Shown: piece after piece, positions 37,888-49,746 of the stretch | How positions within the stretch are numbered: position 1 is the first letter of the stretch | Layout: every line of letters begins with the position of its first letter | The notes under the pieces: model-generated | The model's input: only the letters and a program-made list of their open reading frames with translations | Told to the model about the DNA's origin: nothing | Database searches by the model: none | DNA from: Macrostomum lignano | Taxonomy: Eukaryota | Length of the DNA: 64,000 nucleotides | NCBI GenBank assembly: GCA_002269645.1 | Contig: NIVC01002907.1 | Coordinates: 1 to 64,000, forward strand | Reading direction: 5' to 3' | Translations under genes and position numbers: made by a program

Positions 37888-38182
37888 GGCAATGGCTAGA
37901 GTTCCGGCGCCGGAGCCCGTTTTCTGACGGCTACAGATTCGGCACTATATAGAAGCATATAAAGACTGCTAAGAACATATCTTAAGAAGTCTGAATATTA
38001 GAAGCATCTTGTCCCAAATCTTAATCATATCGTCTTAAATTTTAATCTAGAACAAAATCTCAATATCAGCCACCTGTAGAAAGAAAAATATAGTGTTCCA
38101 TCTATATTATAAAATATAATGGCACTGCCAGATCCGTAGCCATTAGAAAATGGGTTCCAGTGCCGGAACTCTAGCCATTGCC
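37888..38182. mobile_element. 295-bp MITE with about 58-bp TIRs (GGCAATGGCTAGAGTTCCGG...)
   Basis: Clear inverted arms. 9-bp TSD cctagaaat/cctagaatt. Superfamily could be MULE or Merlin. Confidence 0.75.
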
Positions 38183-38427
38183 CCTAGAATTAGTAAAAGA
38201 GATTAAACTTTTGATACATGAGTTTTATTAAAGGTAATGCTAATAAAATGCTTTGAATTATATTTGTTTAGACCTATTGATTTAGATTTTATTAGGCCAA
38301 GGCTTATAAATATAAATATAGGCAGGCCTAACTTATGATATAGGCCTAAGCTAAGTTTTTTAGGGGCCTATCAAATAAAAAAAATATAGATCAAAATCTA
38401 GTCTAGTCTAAGCTTAGGGCTATTCCA

Positions 38428-39535
38428 TAGTCCAGATCATTCTGGGTGCATGCCCAAACAAAAAATGAATAATTAAAAATGCATGCCAAAAAAAACAGTA
38501 CATGCCCATTCTCTGAAATATGCCAATGTTGCAACAATAAATGACCTTTTTATATTGCATAATAGAACCAACCTTATTAGCAGATAATTTGGTTGATTTT
38601 TGTGCTTTTTCTGCAATACTATTTACAAAATAAAATTGATACACACAAAGTCAAAGATTTGTTTAAATGCTTTTTACAAGCTTAAAAAACTGTAAAGCTT
38701 GAAATTTATGCTTAAAATTTAACTTTTTTATTTTTTTCTACTTCACAATAACTTACACATGATTCTATAAAGTGCATTCCAGGTGTGCATACATACTATT
38801 TTCTTAGGAGTGATGCATGCCCAAATTTTTGGGTATATACTACATGATACAGAGTGTTGAGACTGCTTAGCTAAGGTAAGGTAAAGGGTAGATGTAGGTG
38901 GTAGGCCTATATATGCCCTATTTATTACTATTTAATATTGCCCCATCTTGATTGAGTTGTTTTATCATCTTAATTTGTGCACTAATCAAAGTCATTTGCT
39001 ATCTAATAATGTCAATTCTAATTTCAAGAGAATTAATATAGGCTCTAGAACTTTTATATAAAATGTTTAAATATTCTTATATAAATTTTATTGCTAAAGT
39101 TAAAAGACTTGATACCTATTTTATATTTATTAGCAATTTTTCTTATAATAGAATAGACTAAAGTATCCAAATTTCTAGTTTAGTTTTATATATAGATATG
39201 TATATATGTATATATTATATATAACATATTATAAAAGCTTTAAGATTGATTTTACTAAATCTGATTAATAACAAAATTATATGAGTACTACTAAATTACT
39301 TTGGATCATAGTATATACCCAAAAATGTAGGTGTACATTGGTCTTAGACATCAAAAGTTTGGAGTGCATATCTGGCATGCACTCAATGCAATAATGTGAA
39401 AGAGTTTATATTAAGTGAAAAATTTCATAAATTCATTTTAAGCATAATTTCAAGCTTTTAAAACTTTTTTTGGTATGCATCAAATTTATTTGTAATTTGT
39501 AATTTTTTGGCATACACCTAGCATGATCTGAACTA
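38428..39535. mobile_element. Old degenerate foldback / long inverted repeat element
   Basis: Four collinear inverted anchors: about 38430/39530, 38690/39450, 38772/39365, 38825/39305. Confidence 0.55.
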
Positions 39536-41074
39536 TAATATTCGTAGTATAACTAAGTATCTAGCTAAGATTAATATTTTAGTCCTTTATCTAAAGCTTA
39601 TATTAGCTGGTTTTATCTAGAATATAGCTATTTTGTCTATTGTCAATTTGTAATATTTGTTTGCTAGTAGATAACTGACAATTCAATAATAGTGGTGCTT
39701 ATATTAACATTACCACTAGTAGCATTAATTACTTAATTTAGGAAATTTGCAATAGGTTTTATCCTATTCATTATGAATTTTATAAGTAAACTAAATATAT
39801 ATCAAAGTAAATAAATAGTATACTGAAATGAAAATTCTTTTTGTTCTGGTAAATCTTGTGATTAAAAATAAATAATAATTTTTTAATATTGTATTGAATC
39901 TGCAGGTTTCTAAAGTATAATCAAGACTATAGACTTTATTTATATGGTAATAAAACTATTATATATGAAGCTTAGCCTAAAGAAAGGTATTATTATTGCA
40001 TATGACAAAGTACTTTTCATAGTCTATAGTCTTTTAAGTTATTTTATTTGCACTAGCAAGAAAAAATGGCTTAAGCTCCCACCACAGTATATTTAAAGTA
40101 CTTTAAATGTTTAATAGGTTTTATTTCTCAAGGTCAAATCTTATGACAAACATTTTAGCTGGAGCCTATTAATTTCCTAGTGAATTGGTACAAAACTATA
40201 CTCATTATTAGTAGAGGCTGGAAAATATCACATTTTTTAGATTTTTAAGACTTAAGAGCTATGCTTTTGAGATAATCAAGATTCAATAAAGTTTGACATT
40301 AAGCCTTATTAGCATCTAGTAAGCCTATTTACACTAGTTTATCTATTAGTGCTAATATTGTTATTTGTTATGTACAAAAATAATAATAGAAAGAAAAACA
40401 ATTATTATATAATATTAAGCTTGTTAGTAACTTGATGTATATCCAATATAAATCTGATAATATCATAGTTACCAATTATCACATAGTCATAAATCTTGAC
40501 TTTTTTGATATCTCAAAAACAAGATCAAGATAGAGAAAAGTGCCAAAATCTTGATGATCAAGATAGAGATTGAGATATTGTCTAATTGCTACTCATTAGA
40601 TAGATCACATTCTTTTCTTTAAAATGACATCTTATTTGTACAAATTGCTCTTTTAGTTTTGTTTAGGCTGGCTGTTTTTCCTAATGCTTGGCAATGAAGC
40701 TAGATATTTTGATTAAGTTTAGAGCTAATATATCTTGATAAAACAATTATACTCACAGCATACTTTATGAAAAGAACTTTTTAAAACTTTGAAATACCTT
40801 AATAAAAGCAAAATAATTAAGTATATTTAATTTTATTCTATTTGATATCTGGTCATAAGTTTATTATTTATAGTATAGGTTTTGTAATTTTCTCTCCTTA
40901 ACTAAATTGTTTTTCCCTTTTTGATCTAATCCCCTATTGGAATATTTAACTAAAGGTTAGACAAAAAGGAATTATAGAATAATTTTTAAGTCAAGATTTA
41001 TCAAGACAAATGTTTGCATAAAAAATAGAACTTTATAATTATAGTATTATAAACATTAATCTTATCTGTCTACT

Positions 41075-41340
41075 AGTCAGATGTGCAATCAGCAGCTTAG
41101 CCATAGCTAATGCATAATATATCTGAAGGCTGCATATGGCTGTTCAGTCCAAGGATGAAGGGGGGTTGCCACACACTATCAATTACCCCAGCTAATGCTG
41201 GAATCCATTTTATAGCTAGGTAAACTGAAGCAATGCAGAGCTAGGTGTTTTGCTCAAGGACACAAATTGTTCCAGTGGGATCAGAAATCGAACCCTAACC
41301 TTCAAGTTGTGAGTCCAATGCTTTAACCAATAGGCTACAA
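41075..41340 (-). mobile_element. tRNA-derived SINE, copy 4 (diverged)
   Basis: Reverse-complement match to copy 1. Confidence 0.8.
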
Positions 41341-42700
41341 TCTATTTATTTACATTTTAATAACTAAAAAATTCGCAGCTATGACTACAGAAATCTTTGA
41401 GAAAAGCCATAGCCATAACAACAGTTGTTTTCCACAGGCATATTCATAGCTCCTAGTTGCCATAGTCATAATTTTAGTGAAATTTAAATTATATATTTCT
41501 ATGAGTACAATATTCAATCTATGTACTTGAGAATTTATATTTTGTCTGTAGGTATTTCCTAAGTATTCTGTTCATATTCTAAACTTCCTACCTTGCTGCT
41601 GATTTATTATTTAAGCTATATTTTTAACCTCACTGCTATGCCAATTATGGATTGGTTTAATCCTGTCTCTTTGTCAACCATTCTCATATGTTTGTTTCTA
41701 ACACCTGCTACCTTTAATCGTCACAAATTTTGTTGACAACAGTCTTCTCTTTGTAGTCTTCTTTGCGAGCAATCTTTGCAGATTTTACCGCAACTGACTT
41801 CCATAGTTTTTCCATCATTTTCACTTCTCTGCTCCCTTTGTGAACTGCATATCTGGCGATTGTTTCTAATCTACCTGTTTTTATTGCCGCAAATACACGC
41901 TCGTAGTTCACAGTATCTCTCCCACTATTTATGAATTGCTGCTGTGCATTGCGACCGGGCTCCCCCGCCGTCCCCCCTGCTCTGTAGCCAGCCAACCTCC
42001 GCCAGCTAGTCAGCCTATCACCGCTTAAGAGTCCCCCAAGGATTCCCCTCAACCCCCTGGGCAATAGCGAACACCCTCTGGTAATCGAGAGAAGAGTTCA
42101 AAGCAGGAGAGACACCGTTGAGTCAAAATACTTTTGAGCAGCATTTTATGGAAGCTGTCAAGTTCGGTGAGGCTTTTTTATGTTTCAATTGTCAATTCCT
42201 CTGCGTTAAAAAATGTATAAATATTCGCTAGAGGCTGTGGGCACCCCGGCGCGACATCATTCCACAACTCAGCGCTGAGGCCATGCTGCCCATTCCGCTG
42301 ACTCCTGAGCACATGCAAGCACGCCGATGCTTTACGCAGTACACACGCTTACACAGCGACCCTTACTTACTTTTCTAATCTTGAGATGTACACCCTCTGT
42401 GCCTTGGGGGTTGGCCCTCGTGGCTTTTGAATCCTCTGGAAAAATTTTGTGCGCGTTTCAGACGCTTTTATTGCTGAGCTGCTTTGCCCCCTAATTGCAG
42501 CATTTTCAGGTTATTGCAGGTTATCTCAACTCAGCGGTAAAGCGTCTGGCTCCTCGACCCGGGAAATTTATAAATCGCGCATGCGAGGACGAGGGCCGAC
42601 CACCAAGGCGCAGAGGGTGTACATGTCGGGGGCGCTGTACACCCTGTGTGCATGCTCAGTGATCAGCGTGCTGAAAGGGCCTGACATGACTGCTTGTTCT

Positions 42701-42995
42701 TTAATTAATAATTCAAAAATTGATTACACCTGCCCCGATTGGGCCAGATGTGCAACTAACAACTCAAACGCGGCTAGTACCGCGGCTGTTCATTCCAAAG
42801 ACTTTAAGGTCACCACGCGCACCCTCAATTACCCCAGCTAATGCTGGCGCCCATTTTACAGCTGGGTGAACTGAAGCAATGCAGAGTTGAATGTCTTGCT
42901 CAAGGACACAAATTGTTTCAGTGGGAATCGGGAATCGAACCCTCGACGTTCAAGTCGTGAGTCCGACGCTCTAACCACTAGGCCACCACAACCCC
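42701..42995 (-). mobile_element. tRNA-derived SINE, copy 5 (best Pol III boxes: TGGCCTAGTGG, GGTTCGATTCC)
   Basis: Reverse-complement match to copy 1. The head runs straight into the 18-bp array. Confidence 0.85.
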
Positions 42996-43874
42996 CTACT
43001 AGGCCACAGCCCCCTACTAGGCCACCACCCCCTACTAGGCCACCACCCTCCTACTATACCACAGCCCCCCTACTAGGCCACCACCCCCTACTAGGCCACC
43101 ACCCTCCTACTATACCACAGCCCTCCTACTAGGCCACAACCCACTACTAGGCCACAACCCCCTACTAGGCCACAACCCTCCTACTATACCACAGCCCTCC
43201 TACTAGGCCACAACCCTCCTACTATACCACAGCCCTCCTACTAGGCCACAACCCTCCTACTATACCACAGCCCTCCTACTAGGCCACAACCCTCCTACTA
43301 TACCACAGCCCTCCTACTAGGCCACAACCCCCTACTAGGCCACAAACCCCTACTAGGCCACAACCCCCTACTAGGCCACAACCCCCTAATAGGCCACAAA
43401 CCCCTACTAGGCCACAACCCCCTACTAGGCCACAAACCCCTACTAGGCCACAACCCCCTTACTAGGCCACAACCCCCTACTATACCACAGCCCTCCTACT
43501 AGGCCACAACCCTCCTACTATACCACAGCCCTCCTACTAGGCCACAACCCTCCTACTATACCACAGCCCTCCTACTAGGCCACAACCCCCTACTAGGCCA
43601 CAAACCCCTACTAGGCCACAACCCCCTTACTAGGCCACAGCCCCCTACTAGGCCACAACCCTCCTACTATACCACAGCCCTCCTACTAGGCCACAACCCC
43701 CTACTAGGCCACAACCCTCCTACTATACCACAGCCCTCCTACTAGGCCACAACCCTCCTACTATACCACAGCCCTCCTACTAGGCCACAACCCCCTACTA
43801 GGCCACAAACCCCTACTAGGCCACAACCCCCTTACTAGGCCACAGCCCCCTACTAGGCCACAACTCCCTACTAC
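42975..43874. repeat. 18-bp minisatellite (ctactaggccacaacccc), about 50 units, derived from the SINE 5' head
   Basis: Reverse complement ggggttgtggcctagtag is 17/18 identical to the 5' end of SINE copy 3. Confidence 0.9.
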
Positions 43875-43966
43875 TCGTACGCCTTGCCCAGGCTAAATAC
43901 AATAATTGTATTAGTAATTTGCCTCCCGTCACCGCAGCGGAACTGAAGCGCGAACAGCCCGACCCC

Positions 43967-46900
43967 ATGGATCACACAAATGAGCCACCAAGCAAACGAC
44001 AATACGCCGGTAGCGGAGCGCGCAATGAAATGCGCTTTTTAATCCCGTCTAAGGTAAATCACGTGATCAATACGCACTGATCTATTAGTGTAGAATAATG
44101 CATGTGCTCACTGTCTCATTCTAATTGCAGATGGCTGGCGTCATCATTGGCAAAGGCGGAGCCAACATCAAGCGTTTACGCGAAGAGGTGAGCACATCGA
44201 ATACTTTGCCATGTATATATTTTTAAAGTTAATGCTTAGTCAGCAGTTTGCTATTTATCTCACGCTTGTTTTATTTTCTATACTTAATAATACTATAGTA
44301 CCATTATTGTTTTACTAATTTCGTATTAAAAAGTCTACAAATATGCTAGTCGTACATTGTGCACTAATTCAATTTATAATACTGACAGTAATAGAACTAG
44401 ATTATTAACAGCTAGATCAAATATCCAAAGTTACCAGTCGAAAACTTACAAAATCCAAAAAGTACATAGAGAACCCGCTGTACAGATCCCACCCCCACTC
44501 TACTCTCTTTTCCCTTTCCAGTTCTCTGCCAAAGTGTCCGTACCCGATTCCAATGGCCCCGAACGGTACTGATGAAGTCGCTGATAATTTCCCTGTTATT
44601 GTTGCGTAATATTTGTATGTTTTTCAAACTGACGCGTTCCTGAAAATGTGCTTTTTTAATCTTCCTGATAAGACTGTTTATTTTAAATCCACATCATTCG
44701 TACTTTTTAATTGTCTTTTCAATAAAACCATTACTAATCCACAGTGCTTCGAATCTAAATTGGCATTTGACTGTCAGTGTCTCGGATGTAGATTGCCATT
44801 TGACTGTCAGTGTCTCGAATCTAAATTGGCATTTGACTGATCTAGATTGCCATTTGACTGTCAGTGTCTCGGATCTAGATTGCCATTTGACTGTCAGTGT
44901 CTCGGATCTAGATTGCCATTTGACTGTCAGTGTCTCGGATCTAGATTGCCATTTGACTGTCAGTGTCTCGGATCTAGATTGCCATTTGACTGTCAGTGTC
45001 TCGGATCTAGATTGTCATTTGACTGTCAGTGTCTCGGATGTAGATTGCCATTTGACTGTCAGTGTCTCGGATCTAGATTGCCATTTGACTGTCAGCGTCT
45101 CGGATGTAGATTGGCATTTGACTGTCAGTGTCTCGGATGTAGATTGGCATTTGACTGTCAGTGTCTCGGATGTAGATTGCCATTTGACTGTCAGTGTCTC
45201 GGATCTAGATTGCCATTTGACTGTCAGCGTCTCGGATGTAGATTGGCATTTGACTGTCAGTGTCTCTGATGTAGATTGGCCTTTGACTGTCAGTGTCTCG
45301 GATCTAGATTGGCATTTGACTGTCAGTGTCTCGGATCTAGATTGGCATTTGACTGTCAGTGTCTCGGATCTAGATTGGCATTTGACTGTCAGTGTATCTT
45401 TTAGAGGAAGTTAACATTTAGTATGTAGTAAATAAAAAGCTGCTTGTATGTTACTGTATTGTTGTTAGGCATGCTTTAAATAACCATTGACACATCTCAT
45501 TACTAACAGTAATTTAGATGGAATGACAGGTTTCTGATTAGTGTAAAGCTTTTGAAACCGAATTCAAGAATTTATGTTGCGTTATTGGTTGAGAGAAGGT
45601 TTCTGCTAAATCTTAATGGTCAGTTTTTCATCGGTTTAATTTGTTAATATCTGTTCTTGCTATTCTATTAACAGTTGAATTGCAAGGTTCCTCCAACACT
45701 CGGAACCTTCGCATTGGCACTCTGTCAAACAGATGACTTATTTTAATAGAGACGTGAAATAGAAATATTAACCACTTCTCTTTCACGTCACCTACATTCT
45801 TACGTCACGTTTCTTATTTCACGTCACGTCATTCTTACCTGCTGCATTTCTGAGCAGCATATGATGCTAGTATGGGTTTAGAAATACTACTATTTGAGAT
45901 GGTAAATAAGCCATGTTCTAGTAGAATTACAGTCGTGTCTGACTCAAGTTAGTTTGTGAACTGATTTGAATAGACTAAATGAGATTATTATCTCTATGTT
46001 CTTCATCCCCCAAGAGTAGAAATATTCCCCAGATTTCACTTTTGCCTATTTTTGTGCAAGATATTTCAGTCTCCAAATTCCACAACCCCAAGTTTCACAG
46101 TCCCAAATTTCACAACTTTAAATGATATTTCTAATTGGGGTTGCAAAAGTTTTGGGGTTTGGGGCAAATCAAGTTTGAGAATTAAAAAAATTAGGAGTCT
46201 ACAAAAGCATCGTCTTATCATACTACTTGTTCAACGACTCGTACTACTTACACTCTGTATAATTTTTTGGAAGTCCAGAAGGTCAAAAAGTTGTCAATGA
46301 AGCGCTAAAACAAACAAATAATTCTGTTCCTCTGATGTATCTTCTGCTTTCGAGTATCTAAGTGCCCGTTTTTTATTATTTAAAAACCCGCCATCCAACC
46401 CCGCAGAGTTCTGTGCTTGGAGGGCGAGCAGCCGATGCTGGAATCCCTGCTAGCCGACGTGCTCAACACTATGGTTGTCGAGGGCAACAGCGGCCGCGGC
46501 GACCGGGACGGCCTGGGCACCCAGCAGGGCGCGGTGACCAACACCGGGGATGTGGACCTGCGCCTGCTGGTGCACCAGTCACAGGCCGGCTGCATCATCG
46601 GCAAAGGCGGCAGCAAGATCAAGGAGCTGCGCGAGGAGTCCAAGCTGCGCGCCTTAAAAGTCTATTCGGTTGCTTGTCCAGTGTCCACCGATCGCGTCAT
46701 CCAGATGATCGGCGCCCCGGCCGAGCTTCTTGGCGCCGTCCGCATGGTGTCCGAGCTGCTGGAATCGGCGCCGCCTAAAGGCCAAATTGCCGGCTACGAT
46801 GCGCGCAATTTCGACGAATTTGGCGCCGAACAGTACGGCGGCTGGCCCGGCCGCTGGGGCGTCGGCCGGCAGGACCACTCCGTGGCCGCCAGCGCCGTCG

Positions 46901-47754
46901 GCATGCCGCCTGGCCCGCCCGGCTATCCGCCTGGCGGCGCTTTGGCCGCCGCGGCCGCCGCTGCTCACATGCGCGGAGGCGTGGCTCCCGCCGCCGCCGC
47001 AGGCTCGCGGACTCGGCCCGCCAGTTGGTGTACCCATGGCCGCTGGCGGCGCCGCCGGCGGGATGCCGTACGGTGCTCCGCGCGCTCCACGCGTGCCAGC
47101 CGGTCCGGAGGTGACCCAGCAGGTGTCAATCCCGGATTCACTGACCGGCTCCATCATGGGCCGGGGCGGCCAGCGCATCAAGCAGATCAGGATGGAATCT
47201 GGCGCCGATATTAAAATTGATCGGGGCGACCCCGGTCAGGATCGCATTATTACTATTAGGGCCCCCAGGAGCAGATACAGAATGCGCAGTACCTGCTGCA
47301 GATGTGGTGAGTATAGTTTGTATATTTGTTTTATGTTACACTCGCGATTCCTTCCCAGGTTTTGATCTGCCAGTTGGCCCTCAGTGTGGAAGACCAGTGA
47401 TTGTTGCCCAGACATTTTTTATAACATTATACTTCACAAAGTTTGACACTTTTGGACAACTCTCTCGGTCTTCCGTATTGATTGCCTTCGTTCGACATTT
47501 TACTCATATTGACTTGTGTGCGCGAGCTCAGTGTCTTTTTATGTGATTCCTCCACCCCACATCTGGGTCATTGTGCATGTGTAGACCGCTCTATCCCACA
47601 CCATAGTCCATCTGAAGACCGCTCTACCCCACACCCTAGTCCATCTGAAGACTGCTCTATCCCACAGCTTGTTATTTTAGTCAAGCAAATAACCTGAACA
47701 AAGTTCCCCCCTCGTTAACATTTCAGCGTGAAGAAGTACTCAGGACAGTACTAA
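43967..47754 (+). CDS. HNRNPK: hnRNP K-like triple-KH protein; exons 43967-44053, 44131-44187, 44522-44565, 46407-47306, 47727-47754; two 1-nt frameshifts (about 46990 and 47265)
   Basis: KH1: EMRFLIPSK|[19 protein letters not shown]|[15 protein letters not shown]|VL. KH2: [28 protein letters not shown]3: [36 protein letters not shown]|VKKYSG. Introns are GT-AG. Confidence 0.9.
44765..45395. repeat. 33-bp intronic minisatellite (tctagattgccatttgactgtcagtgtctcgga)
   Basis: Direct tandem repeats in hnRNP K intron 3. Confidence 0.9.
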
Positions 47755-48289
47755 TAATAATCGGCGCTAATGAAGAAGAACTATCTAAATTCGCCAGCAG
47801 CTTCGAAAATGCTTAGCAAACGGATTTGAACAGGTTTTTTGTATTCAAGTTAGACTGGACTGTGAGAATTCTAAAATAGCGATCAGTATCAAGTGTTTCT
47901 AGTGCAAACCGCGGGCTTGTTTTGTTATTATTAATAAATATGCCTAAGGCCCTTCACCCCCGGGCTTTAAGGCATGCATTTGTCACCTCTTTTCCCATCT
48001 ATAAATTGGCCTGCTTGTTTTTTATTCTGTTCGCAGGTTGGCTCCGGTGCGACGGTGTGCGTGTTTGAGGGTAAATTAATAATTAATTAGCTAATGAAAG
48101 TAAGTGGATTCGGTGCGATGCGGTGAAATTCGGGTCGCTGAATTTAATTGTCCATCTTTGAGAAAAAGGCACAGCTTTTTGTGTTACTGAATCGATCTCT
48201 ATTGTGTTGCAGTCTTCTTTCTTTCAACCTGACTAGCTTAGTGCAGTCATTTTGCATAGAACTGAGCCTAGAGCCTCATCCAGTATTAC

Positions 48290-48985
48290 CTTCATCAGGA
48301 TAGTGGCGCCTTAAGGTGGCCTTTATCAGGATAGTGGCGCCTGTAGGTGGCCTTTATCAGGATAGTGGCGCCTTTAGGTGGCCTTTATCAGGATAGTGGC
48401 GCCTGTAGGTGGCCTTTATCAGGATAGTGGTGCCTATAGGTGGCCTTTATCAGGATAGTGGCGCCTTTAGGTGGCCTTTATCAGGATAGTGGCGCCTGTA
48501 GGTGGCCTTTATCAGGATAGTGGTGCCTATAGGTGGCCTTTATCAGGATAGTGGCGCCTGTAGGTGGCCTTTATCAGGATAGTGGCGCCTTTAGGTGGCC
48601 TTTATCAGGATAGTGGCGCCTGTAGGTGGCCTTTATCAGGATAGTGGTGCCTATAGGTGGCCTTTATCAGTATAGTGGTGCCTGTAGGTGGCCTTTATCA
48701 GGATAGTGGTGCCTGTAGATTGCCTTTATCAGTATAGTGGTGCCTGTAGATTGCCTTTATCAGTATAGTGGTGCCTGTAGATGGCCTTTATCAGGATAGT
48801 GGTGCCTATAGGTGGCCTTTATCAGGATAGTGGTGCCTGTAGGTGGCCTTTATCAGGATAGTGGTGCCTGTAGGTGGCCTTTATCAGGATAGTGGTGCCT
48901 GTAGGTGGCCTTTATCAGGATAGTGGCGCCTGTAGATTGCCTTTATCAGGATAGTGGCGTCTCTAGATGACATCTATCAGGATAG
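48290..48985. repeat. 32-bp minisatellite (tttatcaggatagtggcgcctgtaggtggcc) followed by (gtgctgtatta)6; recurs at 49216-49740 and 50840-51600
   Basis: Direct tandem repeats within the ANAPC13 intron. Confidence 0.9.
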
Positions 48986-49746
48986 TGGAGCTTGTGTGCT
49001 GTATTAGTGCTGTATTAGTGCTGTATTAGTGCTGTATTAGTGCTGTATTAGTGCTGTATTGGTGCGCATCAAACAGACAAAAAACTTAGTTTCAGTGTCA
49101 ATGTTAGAATAACAACAGACCCTGGTGTATTTGAATTACTCAACCTTCCAGGCCGATCATCAATCAGTCCGGCCGGAGGGCCGCATGATCGACCTGGTCG
49201 ATGCTGATTGGCTGGTGCCTATAGGTGGCCTTTATCAGGATAGTGCGCCTTAGGTGGCCTTTTATCAGGATAGTGGCGCCTGTAGGTGGCCTTTATCAGG
49301 ATAGTGGTGCCTATAGGTGGCCTTTATCAGGATAGTGGCGCCTGTAGGTGCCTTTATCAGGATAGTGGCGCCTTAGGTGGCCTTTATCAGGATAGTGGCG
49401 CCTGTAGGTGGCCTTTATCAGGATAGTGGTGCCTATAGGTGGCCTTTATCAGTATAGTGGTTGCTGTAGGTGGCCTTTATCAGGATAGTGCGCTGTGATT
49501 GCCTTTATCAGTATAGTGGTGCCTGTAGATTGCCTTTATCAGTATAGTGGTGCCTGTAGATGGCCTTTATCAGGATAGTGGTGCCTATAGTGGCCTTTAT
49601 CAGGATAGTGTGCCTGTAGGGGCCTTTATCAGGATAGTGGTGCCTGTAGGTGGCCTTTATCAGGATAGTGGTGCCTGTAGGTGGCCTTTTATCAGGATAG
49701 TGGCGCCTGTAGATTGCCTTTATCAGGATAGTTGGCGTCTCTAGAT

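Noticed and set aside
42900-42990. tRNA gene
   Set aside because: The tRNA-like sequence is a SINE head; it continues into the SINE body and the anticodon differs between copies.
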